Source: an uncultured Thermodesulfobacteriota bacterium | GTDB lineage: Bacteria > Desulfobacterota > GWC2-55-46 > JADFVP01 | NCBI GenBank assembly: GCA_964474975.1 | Contig: CAYYUX010000001.1 | Span: 465-64,464 of the forward strand | Reading direction: 5' to 3' | DNA length: 64,000 nt | Shown here: piece after piece, positions 52,113-61,891 of the stretch | Numbering within the stretch: position 1 is the first letter of the stretch | How the letters are laid out: every line of letters starts with the position of its first letter | Notes under the pieces: generated by a model | What the model was told of the DNA's origin: nothing | The model's database searches: none | What the model saw: the letters and a program-made list of their open reading frames with translations, nothing else | Made by a program: the position numbers and the translations under genes

Positions 52113-53885
52113 ATGGATCTCCCCTCAAATGAGATGGATGAGATAATAGACGAGTTTGTAGTCGAGTCCGAGGAATCGCTTGAGTCCCTTGATCAGATGT
52201 TCGTTGCCCTTGAGAAGGACCCCGGCAACAAGGATCTGCTTAACGAGATATTCCGTTGCGCCCATACGATAAAGGGGGCCGCCGGGTTTCTCGGCTTTCA
52301 GCGGCTCGTGGAGATTGCCCATGTAAGCGAGGACGTGCTTAACAAGCTCAGAAAGGGAGAGCTTATAGCCACCCCCGAAGTAATGGATGCCGTCCTTAAG
52401 GCCATGGATATAATTAAAGAAATGCTCGCAAATATCAAGACTGAGCGCAAGGAGGGGATAGACCCCTCCATTGAGTTCATGCAGAGTATCCTTGATGGGC
52501 AGGCAGGTGCGGCCGGCAAGGGCGAAGAAGAAAAAAATGCTCCCGCTGAGAAGGATGGCCCGGCAGATACAGAGGAGGAAAAAAAATCCGAGCCTGAGAC
52601 AAAAGCGGTAAACAGGGAAGATGCGGCAGTAAAGAATTCTGTCGGGAAAAAAACGGTTCCATCTGTACACAGGGATAGGGAGCATAATATCAGGGTGGAT
52701 ATCGCAAAGCTAGATGACGTCCTTAACCTTGTCGGCGAGCTTGTATTGTCACGCAACAGGCTAATGCGCCTCGGTACTCAGCTTAACGATACGAGACTCG
52801 ATGATGAGATATTTGCGCATACCGACGAGGCCATAAGCCAACTCGACCTTGTAACATCAGACCTTCAGCTCGCCGTGATGAAGATGAGGATGCAGCCTAT
52901 TGCCAAGGTCTTTAACAAGTTCCCGCGCATGGTGAGGGACCTTGCGCGTCAAAGCGAGAAGGAGATAGACCTCAAGCTCATCGGAGAAGATACAGAACTT
53001 GACAAGACGGTCATAGAGGAGATAGGCGACCCGCTAATTCACCTTATAAGGAATTCAGTAGACCACGGCATTGAGAGCCCCGCAGACCGTAAGGCCGCGG
53101 GGAAATCCTCATGCGGCGTAATATCGCTATCGGCCTCTCAGGAAGGTCAGAATATAGTCGTCTGCGTCGAGGATGACGGAAAGGGTATGGACCCGGAAGC
53201 CATCAAGGCCTCTGCTGTAAAAAAAGGTGTGATCACCGCTGAAGACGCCAACAAGCTTTCTCGTAAAGAAGCCCTTGACCTTATCTTCAGGCCCGGTTTT
53301 TCCACTGTCAAGAAGGTAAGCGATATATCGGGACGCGGTGTGGGAATGGACGTGGTAAAGACGGGTATCGCCAACATTAACGGCCATATTGCCATTGATT
53401 CAAAGGTGGGTGAGGGTACGAGGATAATCCTTCGCCTTCCCCTTACGCTGGCTATCATACAGGTGCTTATCGTAAAGTCCGGTGAAGAGATATACGGTAT
53501 ACCCCTTGCCAATGTTATTGAGAATGTAAGGGTAAAAAAAGAAGACGTCAAGTCCATTGAGGGTAGGGATGTTATCCGCATAAGAGAGAGAGTCCTGCCT
53601 GTTGCAAGGCTTGATGTCATGGTGAGGGACTCTTCGGCCGCGGATTCCGGGACGAGTGAGAATATCTTCATCGTTGTAATAGGAGTAGGAGAAAAACATT
53701 ACGGCCTCCTTGTTGACGAGCTATGCGGTCAGGAGGAGATAGTCATGAAGTCCATGGGAGAGTTTTTGAAAGGCACTGTGGGCGTTGCCGGGGCAAGTAT
53801 TACGGGAGACGGCAAGGTGGTGCTTATACTGGACGCGGCCTCGGTTATTGCAACACAAAACATGAGGCGCGCCATAGCCTGCTGA
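52113..53885 (+). CDS. cheA: Chemotaxis histidine kinase CheA
   Basis: P1/HPt domain with phospho-His (…FRCAHTIKGAAGFLGF…), acidic linker, P3 dimerisation, P4 HATPase (…DDGKGMD…GRGVGMDVV…), P5 CheW-like C-terminus. Start ambiguous (GTG 52083 vs ATG 52113 with RBS AAGGATGG). Confidence 0.85.
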   Translation: MDLPSNEMDEIIDEFVVESEESLESLDQMFVALEKDPGNKDLLNEIFRCAHTIKGAAGFLGFQRLVEIAHVSEDVLNKLRKGELIATPEVMDAVLKAMDIIKEMLANIKTERKEGIDPSIEFMQSILDGQAGAAGKGEEEKNAPAEKDGPADTEEEKKSEPETKAVNREDAAVKNSVGKKTVPSVHRDREHNIRVDIAKLDDVLNLVGELVLSRNRLMRLGTQLNDTRLDDEIFAHTDEAISQLDLVTSDLQLAVMKMRMQPIAKVFNKFPRMVRDLARQSEKEIDLKLIGEDTELDKTVIEEIGDPLIHLIRNSVDHGIESPADRKAAGKSSCGVISLSASQEGQNIVVCVEDDGKGMDPEAIKASAVKKGVITAEDANKLSRKEALDLIFRPGFSTVKKVSDISGRGVGMDVVKTGIANINGHIAIDSKVGEGTRIILRLPLTLAIIQVLIVKSGEEIYGIPLANVIENVRVKKEDVKSIEGRDVIRIRERVLPVARLDVMVRDSSAADSGTSENIFIVVIGVGEKHYGLLVDELCGQEEIVMKSMGEFLKGTVGVAGASITGDGKVVLILDAASVIATQNMRRAIAC

Positions 53886-53942
53886 TGATCTCGGCTACAT
53901 TGCGCTCTGATACATAGATACGACAAAAGGAGAGATATTCAT

Positions 53943-55001
53943 ATGCGTAAGATCAGGCTCCTGATAGTAGATGATTCCTCTTTTATGAGGAGTATTATAA
54001 AGCGGATGTTGAAAAGTCATGAGGATATCGAGGTAATAGGCACGGCAAGAGACGGCGTAGATGGCATTGAAAAAGTTTTGGAGCTTAAGCCTGATATAGT
54101 GACCATGGATATAGAGATGCCGAGGATGAACGGCATAGAGGCGACAGGGCATATTATGTCTCAGCACCCTGTGCCTATCATTATGGTTAGTTCCATCTCC
54201 CTTGACGGGGCAAAAGCAACCCTGGACGCCCTTGAGATGGGCGCTGTCGATTATATATCCAAAAATATCGATAATTCGGCCCTCGACGTCATGGAGATAG
54301 AGAAGGACCTTGTGCAGAAGATACGGACCTTCGCGCGGTCCGGGAAAAAAGTCCTGCCTTCGAGAAGGGCCTCCGCAAGGACGGTAAAACCACTCGAAAT
54401 ATCCAAGACCCACCGTATCTTTACTACGCAGAACATAAAGACTGTGGTAATAGGCGCATCAACAGGCGGGCCGAGCGCCGTTCAGAAGGTACTTGCCGGT
54501 CTCCCCGCAGGGCTTAAGGTATCTTTTTTAGTTGTCGTGCATATGCCGGCTCAATTCACTACCGCCTTCGCGGAGCGCCTCAATGGTATATGTCAGCTCT
54601 CCGTAAGAGAGGCGAAAGATAAAGATGAGGTCTTACCCGGGCGCGTACTCATCTGTCCCGGCGGTCTCCAGACAAGATACGTAAGAGAGGGCGTAGCCAG
54701 GGTCCATGTGCAGATAAACAATGAGCCCGCCCGCTCTCTTTACAAGCCCGCCATTAACGAGTCCATTAAATCCGTGGCGTCTTGTTTTAATGGCAGGACT
54801 ATGGGCGTGATACTTACGGGCATGGGCGATGACGGCATGCTCGGCATGCGCGAGATAAAACGCTGTGGAGGTAAAACCCTTGTGCAGAACGAGTCGTCAT
54901 GCACTGTCTACGGTATGCCAAAGGCCGTTATCGGCGAGGGCCTCGCCGATAAGGTCGTGCCTCTTGATATGATAGCCGCCGAGATAGTTAACATGATATG
55001 A
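53943..55001 (+). CDS. cheB: Chemotaxis methylesterase CheB (receiver + esterase)
   Basis: Receiver (RLLIVDDSSFMR…IVTMDIEMPRMNG…), catalytic domain with Ser-His-Asp context (…VIGASTGGPSAV…, …ILTGMGDDG…, …VQNESSCTVYGMP…). Confidence 0.85.
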   Translation: MRKIRLLIVDDSSFMRSIIKRMLKSHEDIEVIGTARDGVDGIEKVLELKPDIVTMDIEMPRMNGIEATGHIMSQHPVPIIMVSSISLDGAKATLDALEMGAVDYISKNIDNSALDVMEIEKDLVQKIRTFARSGKKVLPSRRASARTVKPLEISKTHRIFTTQNIKTVVIGASTGGPSAVQKVLAGLPAGLKVSFLVVVHMPAQFTTAFAERLNGICQLSVREAKDKDEVLPGRVLICPGGLQTRYVREGVARVHVQINNEPARSLYKPAINESIKSVASCFNGRTMGVILTGMGDDGMLGMREIKRCGGKTLVQNESSCTVYGMPKAVIGEGLADKVVPLDMIAAEIVNMI

Positions 55002-55041
55002 CCTCCCCGCCCTGGAGATAAAAAGGAGTTTCCATTATCTC

Positions 55042-55818
55042 ATGGATATTCTCACAATAGCAGGCATATTCATTGGAATCGCGGCATTGCTCTCAGGTCA
55101 GATACTTGAGGGAGGCTCCATATATTCCATCCTTCAGCCCACGGCGGCCATAATAGTCTTTGGGGGTACCCTTGGGGCTGTCTTAATCAGTCATCCCTTC
55201 GGAACCTTTGTGCAGGCCGTGAAAGACCTTAGAAAGGCCTTTTTTAATAGCGGGCCGAGAGCCGCATCGATGATAAGTTATATCTCCGTCCTTTCAGTTC
55301 AGTCCAAGGCCCATGGCCTGCTCTCCCTTGAGAATAAGCTGAAGGATATCCATATCCCCTTTTTTGTCAAGGGGCTTCAGCTCGTTATAGACGGCGAGGA
55401 GCCTGATAGGATAAGGGAGGTTCTGGAGATAGAGCTGATGTACTCGGAAGAATACTCCGAGGCATCGGCGGGCCTCTTTGAGAGCGCCGGAGGATTTTCC
55501 CCTACCATAGGTATACTTGGCGCCGTCCTCGGCCTTATTCAGGTCATGGAGAATCTCGCCGAGCCCGATAAGCTCGGCGCCGGTATTGCTGTGGCATTTG
55601 TCGCCACTGTCTATGGCGTCGGCGCGGCAAACCTCCTATGGCTTCCCCTCGCGGAAAAGATAAAAAAGAGGGTGCGCGAGGAGAGTATTATGAAAGAGCT
55701 TATGATAGAGGGTTTTATCGGGCTCTCGGCAGGCGAAAACCCGAGAAGGCTGAGAGAGAAACTCGATGGTTTTGCCAGGCGTCCCGCATTGGCCGCGAGA
55801 GATGCAGAGGCCTCATGA
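55042..55818 (+). CDS. Second stator A subunit (MotA/PomA-like, MotA/TolQ/ExbB family)
   Basis: Four-TM topology (MDILTIAGIFIGIAALLSG…, …AIIVFGGTLGAVLISHP…, C-terminal …PTIGILGAVLGLIQVM…GAGIAVAFVATVYGVGAANLLWLP…). Co-operonic with cheB; stop overlaps the next start. Confidence 0.75.
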   Translation: MDILTIAGIFIGIAALLSGQILEGGSIYSILQPTAAIIVFGGTLGAVLISHPFGTFVQAVKDLRKAFFNSGPRAASMISYISVLSVQSKAHGLLSLENKLKDIHIPFFVKGLQLVIDGEEPDRIREVLEIELMYSEEYSEASAGLFESAGGFSPTIGILGAVLGLIQVMENLAEPDKLGAGIAVAFVATVYGVGAANLLWLPLAEKIKKRVREESIMKELMIEGFIGLSAGENPRRLREKLDGFARRPALAARDAEAS

Positions 55819-56522
55819 GGGGCCGCAGAAGGAGGAAGAAAAAGTCGGAAACAAACCGCGAGAGATGGCTTGTCTCTTACGCGGACTTCATAACCCTGCT
55901 CTTTGCCTTTTTTACAAGCATGTACGCCATCTCTTCTATTAACGAGGGAAAGTTCAATTCCCTCAGCGGAGCGCTCTCCGATGCCTTCAGCACTTCGTCG
56001 AATAATTCCGTTATAAACCTCATAGAGCCCTTGGCAAGGCCCGGCAGGAGCCGATCCAGATCCATAGAGTTCATAAAAAAGTTTTCCCAGAGATATCAGA
56101 GAATAATGCTCTCCATAAAGAAGTCCCCGGTCATGAAGGGCATAGGTCTTCATATGGAAAAAGACCGTATCGTCATTAGAATCCCGGGCGGAACGCTATT
56201 TACCTCAGGCGGCGCCGCGCTTGTGCCGGGCGCCGAGGCAGTTCTTGATGAGCTTGCGCGCACCCTCAAGGGTATTGATGGGAGTATGAAGATTGAGGGC
56301 CACACGGATAACGTACCCACAAGGAATAGCAACTTCAGCTCAAATTGGGATCTCTCAAGCGCACGGGCGATTACTGTTCTGAAGTTCTTTGTGAATCGTC
56401 ATGGATTTGACCCCGCCATGATTTCGGCTACGGGGTATGGCGAGTACCGGCCTATTGATTCAAATGACACACCTTACAGCAGAAGGATTAATAGGCGTCT
56501 TGATATAGTCCTGAAGCGTTAG
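55815..56522 (+). CDS. Second stator B subunit (MotB/PomB-like, OmpA C-terminal domain)
   Basis: Arg/Lys-rich N-terminus, plug/TM (WLVSYADFITLLFAFFTSMYAI), OmpA-like domain (…IEGHTDNVP…NWDLSSARAITVLKF…). ATGA overlap with the preceding gene. Confidence 0.75.
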   Translation: MRGRRRRKKKSETNRERWLVSYADFITLLFAFFTSMYAISSINEGKFNSLSGALSDAFSTSSNNSVINLIEPLARPGRSRSRSIEFIKKFSQRYQRIMLSIKKSPVMKGIGLHMEKDRIVIRIPGGTLFTSGGAALVPGAEAVLDELARTLKGIDGSMKIEGHTDNVPTRNSNFSSNWDLSSARAITVLKFFVNRHGFDPAMISATGYGEYRPIDSNDTPYSRRINRRLDIVLKR

Positions 56523-56694
56523 GCCGGCAAGAGGGGGAGGAGGGGAAGAGGACGATGTATGTTGCAACTTATGATGCTTGGTATTATGATTATCCTGCAA
56601 CATAATGATTTATATTGATATTAAAGATGAACTACGTTTGGCGTAATGGGTCCCGTAAACTGGATTTACCGAGACCATCAAGATGTGTCGAGCC

Positions 56695-57570
56695 TCAGGA
56701 ACACTCTTTTAACTTCATCTCTTCGACACGTTCTTTTACCTCTTCGAGTATATCGAATATCTTATTTCCCATTCCTATTGACTTCAGTACCCAGGCGTGA
56801 TTCTGCGAGGCCTCGCAGTCGCTGTCAATGCCGTCGCTTACATCGGAGACAATAAAATCAGCGAGATACACGACATGAGGCAGGTACTCCATGGCCGGGT
56901 CTGTCTTGTCCACGGGACACTCAGTAGGGTTGTGATGATAGGTTATGGACCTTACGCATGCCTCTGGGAGGTTTATCCTCTCGGCCAGCCAGCCGCCCAC
57001 CTCGGGGTGTGTGGCGCCGTAGGTTTTTTTCTCTCGCATAAGCAGTCCGTCACGGCTCTTGCCTGATACCTTAAGGTATTCACTGCCAAAGAGCTGGAAG
57101 AGAACGACACGGCCTATATCGTGAAGAAGCCCTGTAATAAAGGCCGGTTCATTATCTACTACCATACTCTCCTTGGCGATTAGCCCCGAGGCCATGCCCA
57201 CAATAAAAGAGTGATCCCAGAGTGCGTTGACGGAACGTGCGTTCTCCGAGGAAAGACCTGAAAAGATGGATGTGGAGACAGCAAGTGTCTTTACCATGTT
57301 GAAGCCGAGGACGAGTATGGCCTGGCTTACGCTGTTTATTTGCCTCGGGAACCAGAAGTATGCGCCGTTGGCCATGCCGAGAACCTTTGATACTATGACT
57401 GGGTCCCGCTCTATAACGGCCTTGAGGTCGCTTACAGAGGCATGCTCGTTCTCGGCTACGGACATGATCTTTCTGAAAATATCAGGGCTTGTAGAGCCTT
57501 GCATCATCTTGTCTACCCTATTTTTAAGTGCTGTTTTTTTATCCTCGTTCATGATATCTCCGTCTTCCAA
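56695..57570 (-). CDS. HDOD-domain signalling protein
   Basis: HDOD signature blocks (…LKAVIERDPVIVSKVLGMANGAYFWFPRQINSVSQAILVLGFNMVKTLAVSTSIF…GLLHDIGRVVLFQLF…). Downstream of the HD-GYP gene on the same strand. Confidence 0.7.
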   Translation of the reverse strand: MEDGDIMNEDKKTALKNRVDKMMQGSTSPDIFRKIMSVAENEHASVSDLKAVIERDPVIVSKVLGMANGAYFWFPRQINSVSQAILVLGFNMVKTLAVSTSIFSGLSSENARSVNALWDHSFIVGMASGLIAKESMVVDNEPAFITGLLHDIGRVVLFQLFGSEYLKVSGKSRDGLLMREKKTYGATHPEVGGWLAERINLPEACVRSITYHHNPTECPVDKTDPAMEYLPHVVYLADFIVSDVSDGIDSDCEASQNHAWVLKSIGMGNKIFDILEEVKERVEEMKLKECS

Positions 57571-57711
57571 TGTTTATTGCTCGCAAGGCCCTTGACGCTG
57601 TTATAACGCCGTTTAAGTGTCCTTTATGCCCGATAAGAGCGGTGCTTCTTATTCGTTGAGGCCCTATATCTATAACGGCAAAAGAGTCCTTTTAGTTAAG
57701 AGCTTAAACAA

Positions 57712-60700
57712 TTATCTGATGGTAGATAGAAATGCGCTCACCACATCGGGGTCAAACTGCGTCCCCGAGCACCGTTTCAGCTCCGCTACAACTTCTTCTA
57801 TGGACTTGCCTTTTCTGTAGGGACGGTCTGCGCTCATTGCGTCAATGGTATCTGCCACGGCGAGTATGCGGGCGAAGGCCGGAAGGGCCTTGCCGCTAAT
57901 TCCTTCATTCGGGTAGCCCCCTCCGTCGTACCAGACGTGGTGGTATTTTACGCCGGGGATGATATCCTTGAGTTCTTTTAGCGGAGACAGTATATCGGCG
58001 CCCTTTACGGGATGCTCCTGTATCTGTTTATACTCTGAGGAGGTAAGTCTGCCTGCCTTGTCCAATATCCCTTCGTAGGTGGCTATCTTACCGATGTCAT
58101 GGAGAAGCCCGGCCAGCTCAAGGTCCCGTAACTCCTCATTCGAAAAGCCTATTACCCTCGCTATTCTTATTGATATCTCTGTAACCCTCTCGGAGTGACC
58201 GCGCGTCCAGGGGCTTTTCGCGTCAATGGTCTTTGAGAGGGTGCGCACGGTGCCGAGGAAAAGCCCCTCAAGGTCGCTTATGAGTCGCGCGTTCTCAAGG
58301 GCGACGCCTATGTGGGCGGAGAAGTGCTCCAGCGTGGAAAGATCCTCGGAGCTGAAGGCCGATACACGGCGCGAAGATACGTTGAGCATGCCCTTTATTT
58401 CGTCTTTCACCATAAGCGGTATTATTATGACGGAGTTAAGGCCCTTTGACTTAAAGTTTTTTTCAATGCCTTCGGGGATGGTTATCTCCCTTGTATCACT
58501 GCTTGTAAAGGGCATGGAATCATTGATTACCCTGGAAAAAATGGTTTTTCCGATATCAAAACTCTCTCCCCTCACGGCGAGTGTACGGCCATAGCCTGTC
58601 GTGTATACGATGCGCTCGTCTTTTAATACCCAGACATCCGCGCCGTCGCATTGCACGAGGTGCGATATCATCCTCGCCGAGGTCTCCAGTATCTCGTCTG
58701 TGCTTACAGATGATAGTATGGAGCGGTCTATCTCGTTGAGCATCTTTATGGTCAATATCTTTCTTGAGAGATCCATGGTCCTGTTAATAGACTCTTTGTA
58801 TAGACGGGCCTCGTCTATGGCCACGGAGGCCTGACTGGCAAAGCCGCGCATGAGGTCAAGGTCGCGTTTCTTCAGCTTACGGGCCTTTATGTTGCTCTCT
58901 CTGTACGCGGCTATGATAATACCGAGATACATGCCTCTGTATGTAATGGGGATAAGGGCTATGGACGCCAGGCCTTCAAGAGACTCGATAAATCTGTTGC
59001 CGTGAAAGACCTGGTGCAGTTCACTGCGGTTATCTGCCGGTATGAGAGTTACCTCTCCCCTCTCAAGAGCTCTTATGATGATGTGGCTCTTGCCGTCTAT
59101 GTGCGAGTTTTTGAAGATTGCCTGCGAGATACGGTCTATGCCCGCGCCCTGAGAGGGTATAAAGCTCTTTGTCTCCTCATCGCCGAGGTAGGCCGCCACT
59201 ATATCGGCGGAGAGTATCTCCTTTACGCAGGAAACTATCTCTTTGAGGAGTATATCTATATTGGTGGTCTTGGAGGTGGCCTCGGCTATTTTCAGCAGTT
59301 GGCGGTTAACGGACACCTCCTGCTCTATGCGCATGAGATTTTTTTTCTCTTCGCTGATATCCTCCATGAGGTGTAGCGAGTATGTAAAGGCCCCGCTATT
59401 GTCCCTGAGGGGAATGTACCTCAGTCTGAAGGTGCTGTCTTCCCCGAGGGTTATCTCTTCTTCCTCAACCCTGCAGTAGCCCTCCTTTTCCTTGGCGCAT
59501 ATCGCAAAGGGGCCTTTCATCAGAGGGTAGACCTCATAGTAAGGTCTTCTTATAATATCCTGAAATGGACGCCCCGAGAGCTTCTGGTAGGCCCTGTTGC
59601 ATTTGATAACCCTGAACCCATCGTCATGGATAAAGATGGGATCCGGTATGCTGTCGAAGGTATCTTCCCATTCTTTTTTGCTTATCTCCACGTCGTCCAA
59701 CAGCTCTAAAACAGCTTTTTTAGAGTTCTCAAGGTCGATTATCGAGAGTTCGAGGGCGGATGTGCGTTCTTTTACCTTTTGTTCGAGTTCAACGGTATAT
59801 TCCTCACGGACCTTTTCAAGGGCCGCGCGCTCCGAGATGTCCCTCATGAAGCAGAGTACAAACTCGCCGTCATTAGTCTCTACACGTGAGGCGGTGATAT
59901 CCACGGGAACCAATTCTCCGCCCTTTTTCTTTATGAAGGCATTTTGACGTTCCTCTCTGTCTCCGCATGTCAGGAGGGAGAATACAGCGCCGCAGTCTCC
60001 CTCAAAGCACGTGGGGTGAATGCTGTCAATGGACAGTCTTAAGAGAGCTTCGCGTGAATAACCTGTCAGAAAAGCCGCGGCGTCATTGGCCTCTACTATG
60101 GAGCGAGCCGGCGGGGCAAGAAGAAAGACGGCATCAGGGGCCGTGTAGATAAGACGCCGGTACCTGTCGGCCGACCTTTCGAGTTTATCGCAGGTCTCGC
60201 CGAGGGAGCGTCTCATGGCGTTGAAGGCCTTTGCGAGCCCCTCAAGTTCATCTCCCTGTCTTACCTCGATGGGACCTGAGAGTCTGCATCTTGTAATGTC
60301 CTCTACCTGCCGTTTCATTGATCTTATCGGGGCGGTAATAAACCCTGCGAGGAGGTGGCTGAGATATAAACCGAGAGATACAAAAAGCAGAACCGCTATG
60401 GCCATAATCTTCCAGGCATTTTGCCACGCGCCTTTTGCGGAGACGGCGTTTCTGTCGAGTTCATCCATCTCTATATTGTGCCACTTCTTGATGGCGCCCG
60501 TTACGGCCTCTTTCCATATTTTGCCCATTTCCTCAGCTACTGCGGCCGCTTCCATGTTTACCGCAGGTCTCTCAAACTCGAATATTTTTGCTGAGAGGCC
60601 TCTTATCTCTGCCCATGCACGTGATATCGTGGCTAAAAGTATCTCCTCTGCCACGGCCTTTTTCTTCTCGGGCTCATTGACAGTGGGGTAGCGGGCGGCG

Positions 60701-60981
60701 GCCATATCATTAATAAGGCCCTGCACGGCATCTGATTTCTTGATGAAATCATCGTGATACACGGGTTTTCCTGTCCTCACATATTTTTTTATTGTTATCA
60801 GTGCGCCGTAGCCGAGCGTCGAGAGTTTTGTGACGGACTTTAATTCCTTACGTATGGTCTCGCCCCTGTCAATGCTTTTGTAAATAATGCTCTGGTTGTA
60901 AGTGGCCATGACAACGGAAAAGGCGAGTAGAATGGCGAGGATAGAGGAAAAGGCCAGAAATATTTTTGTTTGAATCTTCAT
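57712..60981 (-). CDS. Multi-domain membrane sensor with C-terminal HD-GYP c-di-GMP phosphodiesterase (TM - HAMP - PAS - coiled-coil - PAS - GAF - GAF - HD-GYP)
   Basis: N-terminal TM (IFLAFSSILAILLAFSVVMA), second TM plus HAMP (…ITAPIRSMKRQVEDI…), PAS-like segments, two GAF-like segments, and C-terminal …LLHDIGKIATYEG…HHVWYDGGGYPNEG…AVADTIDAMSADRPYRKG = HD…GYP catalytic signature. Confidence 0.75.
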   Translation of the reverse strand: MKIQTKIFLAFSSILAILLAFSVVMATYNQSIIYKSIDRGETIRKELKSVTKLSTLGYGALITIKKYVRTGKPVYHDDFIKKSDAVQGLINDMAAARYPTVNEPEKKKAVAEEILLATISRAWAEIRGLSAKIFEFERPAVNMEAAAVAEEMGKIWKEAVTGAIKKWHNIEMDELDRNAVSAKGAWQNAWKIMAIAVLLFVSLGLYLSHLLAGFITAPIRSMKRQVEDITRCRLSGPIEVRQGDELEGLAKAFNAMRRSLGETCDKLERSADRYRRLIYTAPDAVFLLAPPARSIVEANDAAAFLTGYSREALLRLSIDSIHPTCFEGDCGAVFSLLTCGDREERQNAFIKKKGGELVPVDITASRVETNDGEFVLCFMRDISERAALEKVREEYTVELEQKVKERTSALELSIIDLENSKKAVLELLDDVEISKKEWEDTFDSIPDPIFIHDDGFRVIKCNRAYQKLSGRPFQDIIRRPYYEVYPLMKGPFAICAKEKEGYCRVEEEEITLGEDSTFRLRYIPLRDNSGAFTYSLHLMEDISEEKKNLMRIEQEVSVNRQLLKIAEATSKTTNIDILLKEIVSCVKEILSADIVAAYLGDEETKSFIPSQGAGIDRISQAIFKNSHIDGKSHIIIRALERGEVTLIPADNRSELHQVFHGNRFIESLEGLASIALIPITYRGMYLGIIIAAYRESNIKARKLKKRDLDLMRGFASQASVAIDEARLYKESINRTMDLSRKILTIKMLNEIDRSILSSVSTDEILETSARMISHLVQCDGADVWVLKDERIVYTTGYGRTLAVRGESFDIGKTIFSRVINDSMPFTSSDTREITIPEGIEKNFKSKGLNSVIIIPLMVKDEIKGMLNVSSRRVSAFSSEDLSTLEHFSAHIGVALENARLISDLEGLFLGTVRTLSKTIDAKSPWTRGHSERVTEISIRIARVIGFSNEELRDLELAGLLHDIGKIATYEGILDKAGRLTSSEYKQIQEHPVKGADILSPLKELKDIIPGVKYHHVWYDGGGYPNEGISGKALPAFARILAVADTIDAMSADRPYRKGKSIEEVVAELKRCSGTQFDPDVVSAFLSTIR

Positions 60982-61339
60982 CTCTTATGAAAACCCCTGC
61001 AATGGTTTTGCGCCTTCACTGTTTTTTGTCAAGTTCTGAGATGGTGCATCTTAATTCACCGCGTAATCGTACCCACTTACACGGATTGGTGCCGGTCTAT
61101 TGTGATTCGGCGTAAACAGGGCAAAACTTTAAGCCCCTTGAGGCTCACTACGGGATATTATCCTCTTTTTCCGCAAGATTACCGCAGGGCGGAACTCCTT
61201 GGAAAATAAAATGTTTACGTAAATTAAAGTTTTGTCGTTGCCTCTCCGAATAAGGTGTAACAGCGCTCATTGTGTAAGAGCGATGCACGGTATAGCCATA
61301 GCAATACGAATATTCAGGACATTTAAAAGGAGGGGGGGT

Positions 61340-61834
61340 ATGACTCAAAAGAGAGAGGGTGATGCAAGTGATGTGCTACAGCTTGTAACATTCAGGCTTG
61401 GAAATGAGGAGTTCTCCGTGGATATTCTGAAGGTTCAGGAGATTATCAGGGACATGGAGCTTACGAGGGTGCCGAGGGCGCCGGATTTTGTGGAAGGTGT
61501 CATAAACCTTCGAGGCCGGGTAATACCGGTAATAGACCTTCGAAAAAGGTTCGGCTTAGAGTCCTCTGAGAAGACTGCGGAGACGCGTATAATAGTTATT
61601 GACGTAAACGACAGAACCGTTGGCCTCAGGGTAGACGGCGTATCAGAGGTTCTGAGGCTTCCTGTCGATACAGTTGAGCCCGCGCCCTCGCTTGTAACTG
61701 GTTCGGGTTCGGATTACATAAGCGGTGTCGGCAAGGTTGAAGAGAGGCTGATAATACTCCTTGATGTAGGTAAACTCCTCTCAGATAGTGAGCGTGACGC
61801 CCTTGGCGATGTATTGAACTCCACTGCCGCATAA
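61340..61834 (+). CDS. cheW: Chemotaxis coupling protein CheW
   Basis: About 165 aa; …LQLVTFRLGNEEFSVDILKVQEIIRDMELTRVPRAPDFVEGVINLRGRVIPVIDLRKRFG… is the canonical CheW core. RBS GGAGGGGGGG before the ATG at 61340. Confidence 0.85.
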   Translation: MTQKREGDASDVLQLVTFRLGNEEFSVDILKVQEIIRDMELTRVPRAPDFVEGVINLRGRVIPVIDLRKRFGLESSEKTAETRIIVIDVNDRTVGLRVDGVSEVLRLPVDTVEPAPSLVTGSGSDYISGVGKVEERLIILLDVGKLLSDSERDALGDVLNSTAA

Positions 61835-61891
61835 TCCACCTCTTTTTATAGGGGTGTGAATTTAAAACATATCTTTTTCAGGGAGGTAATT

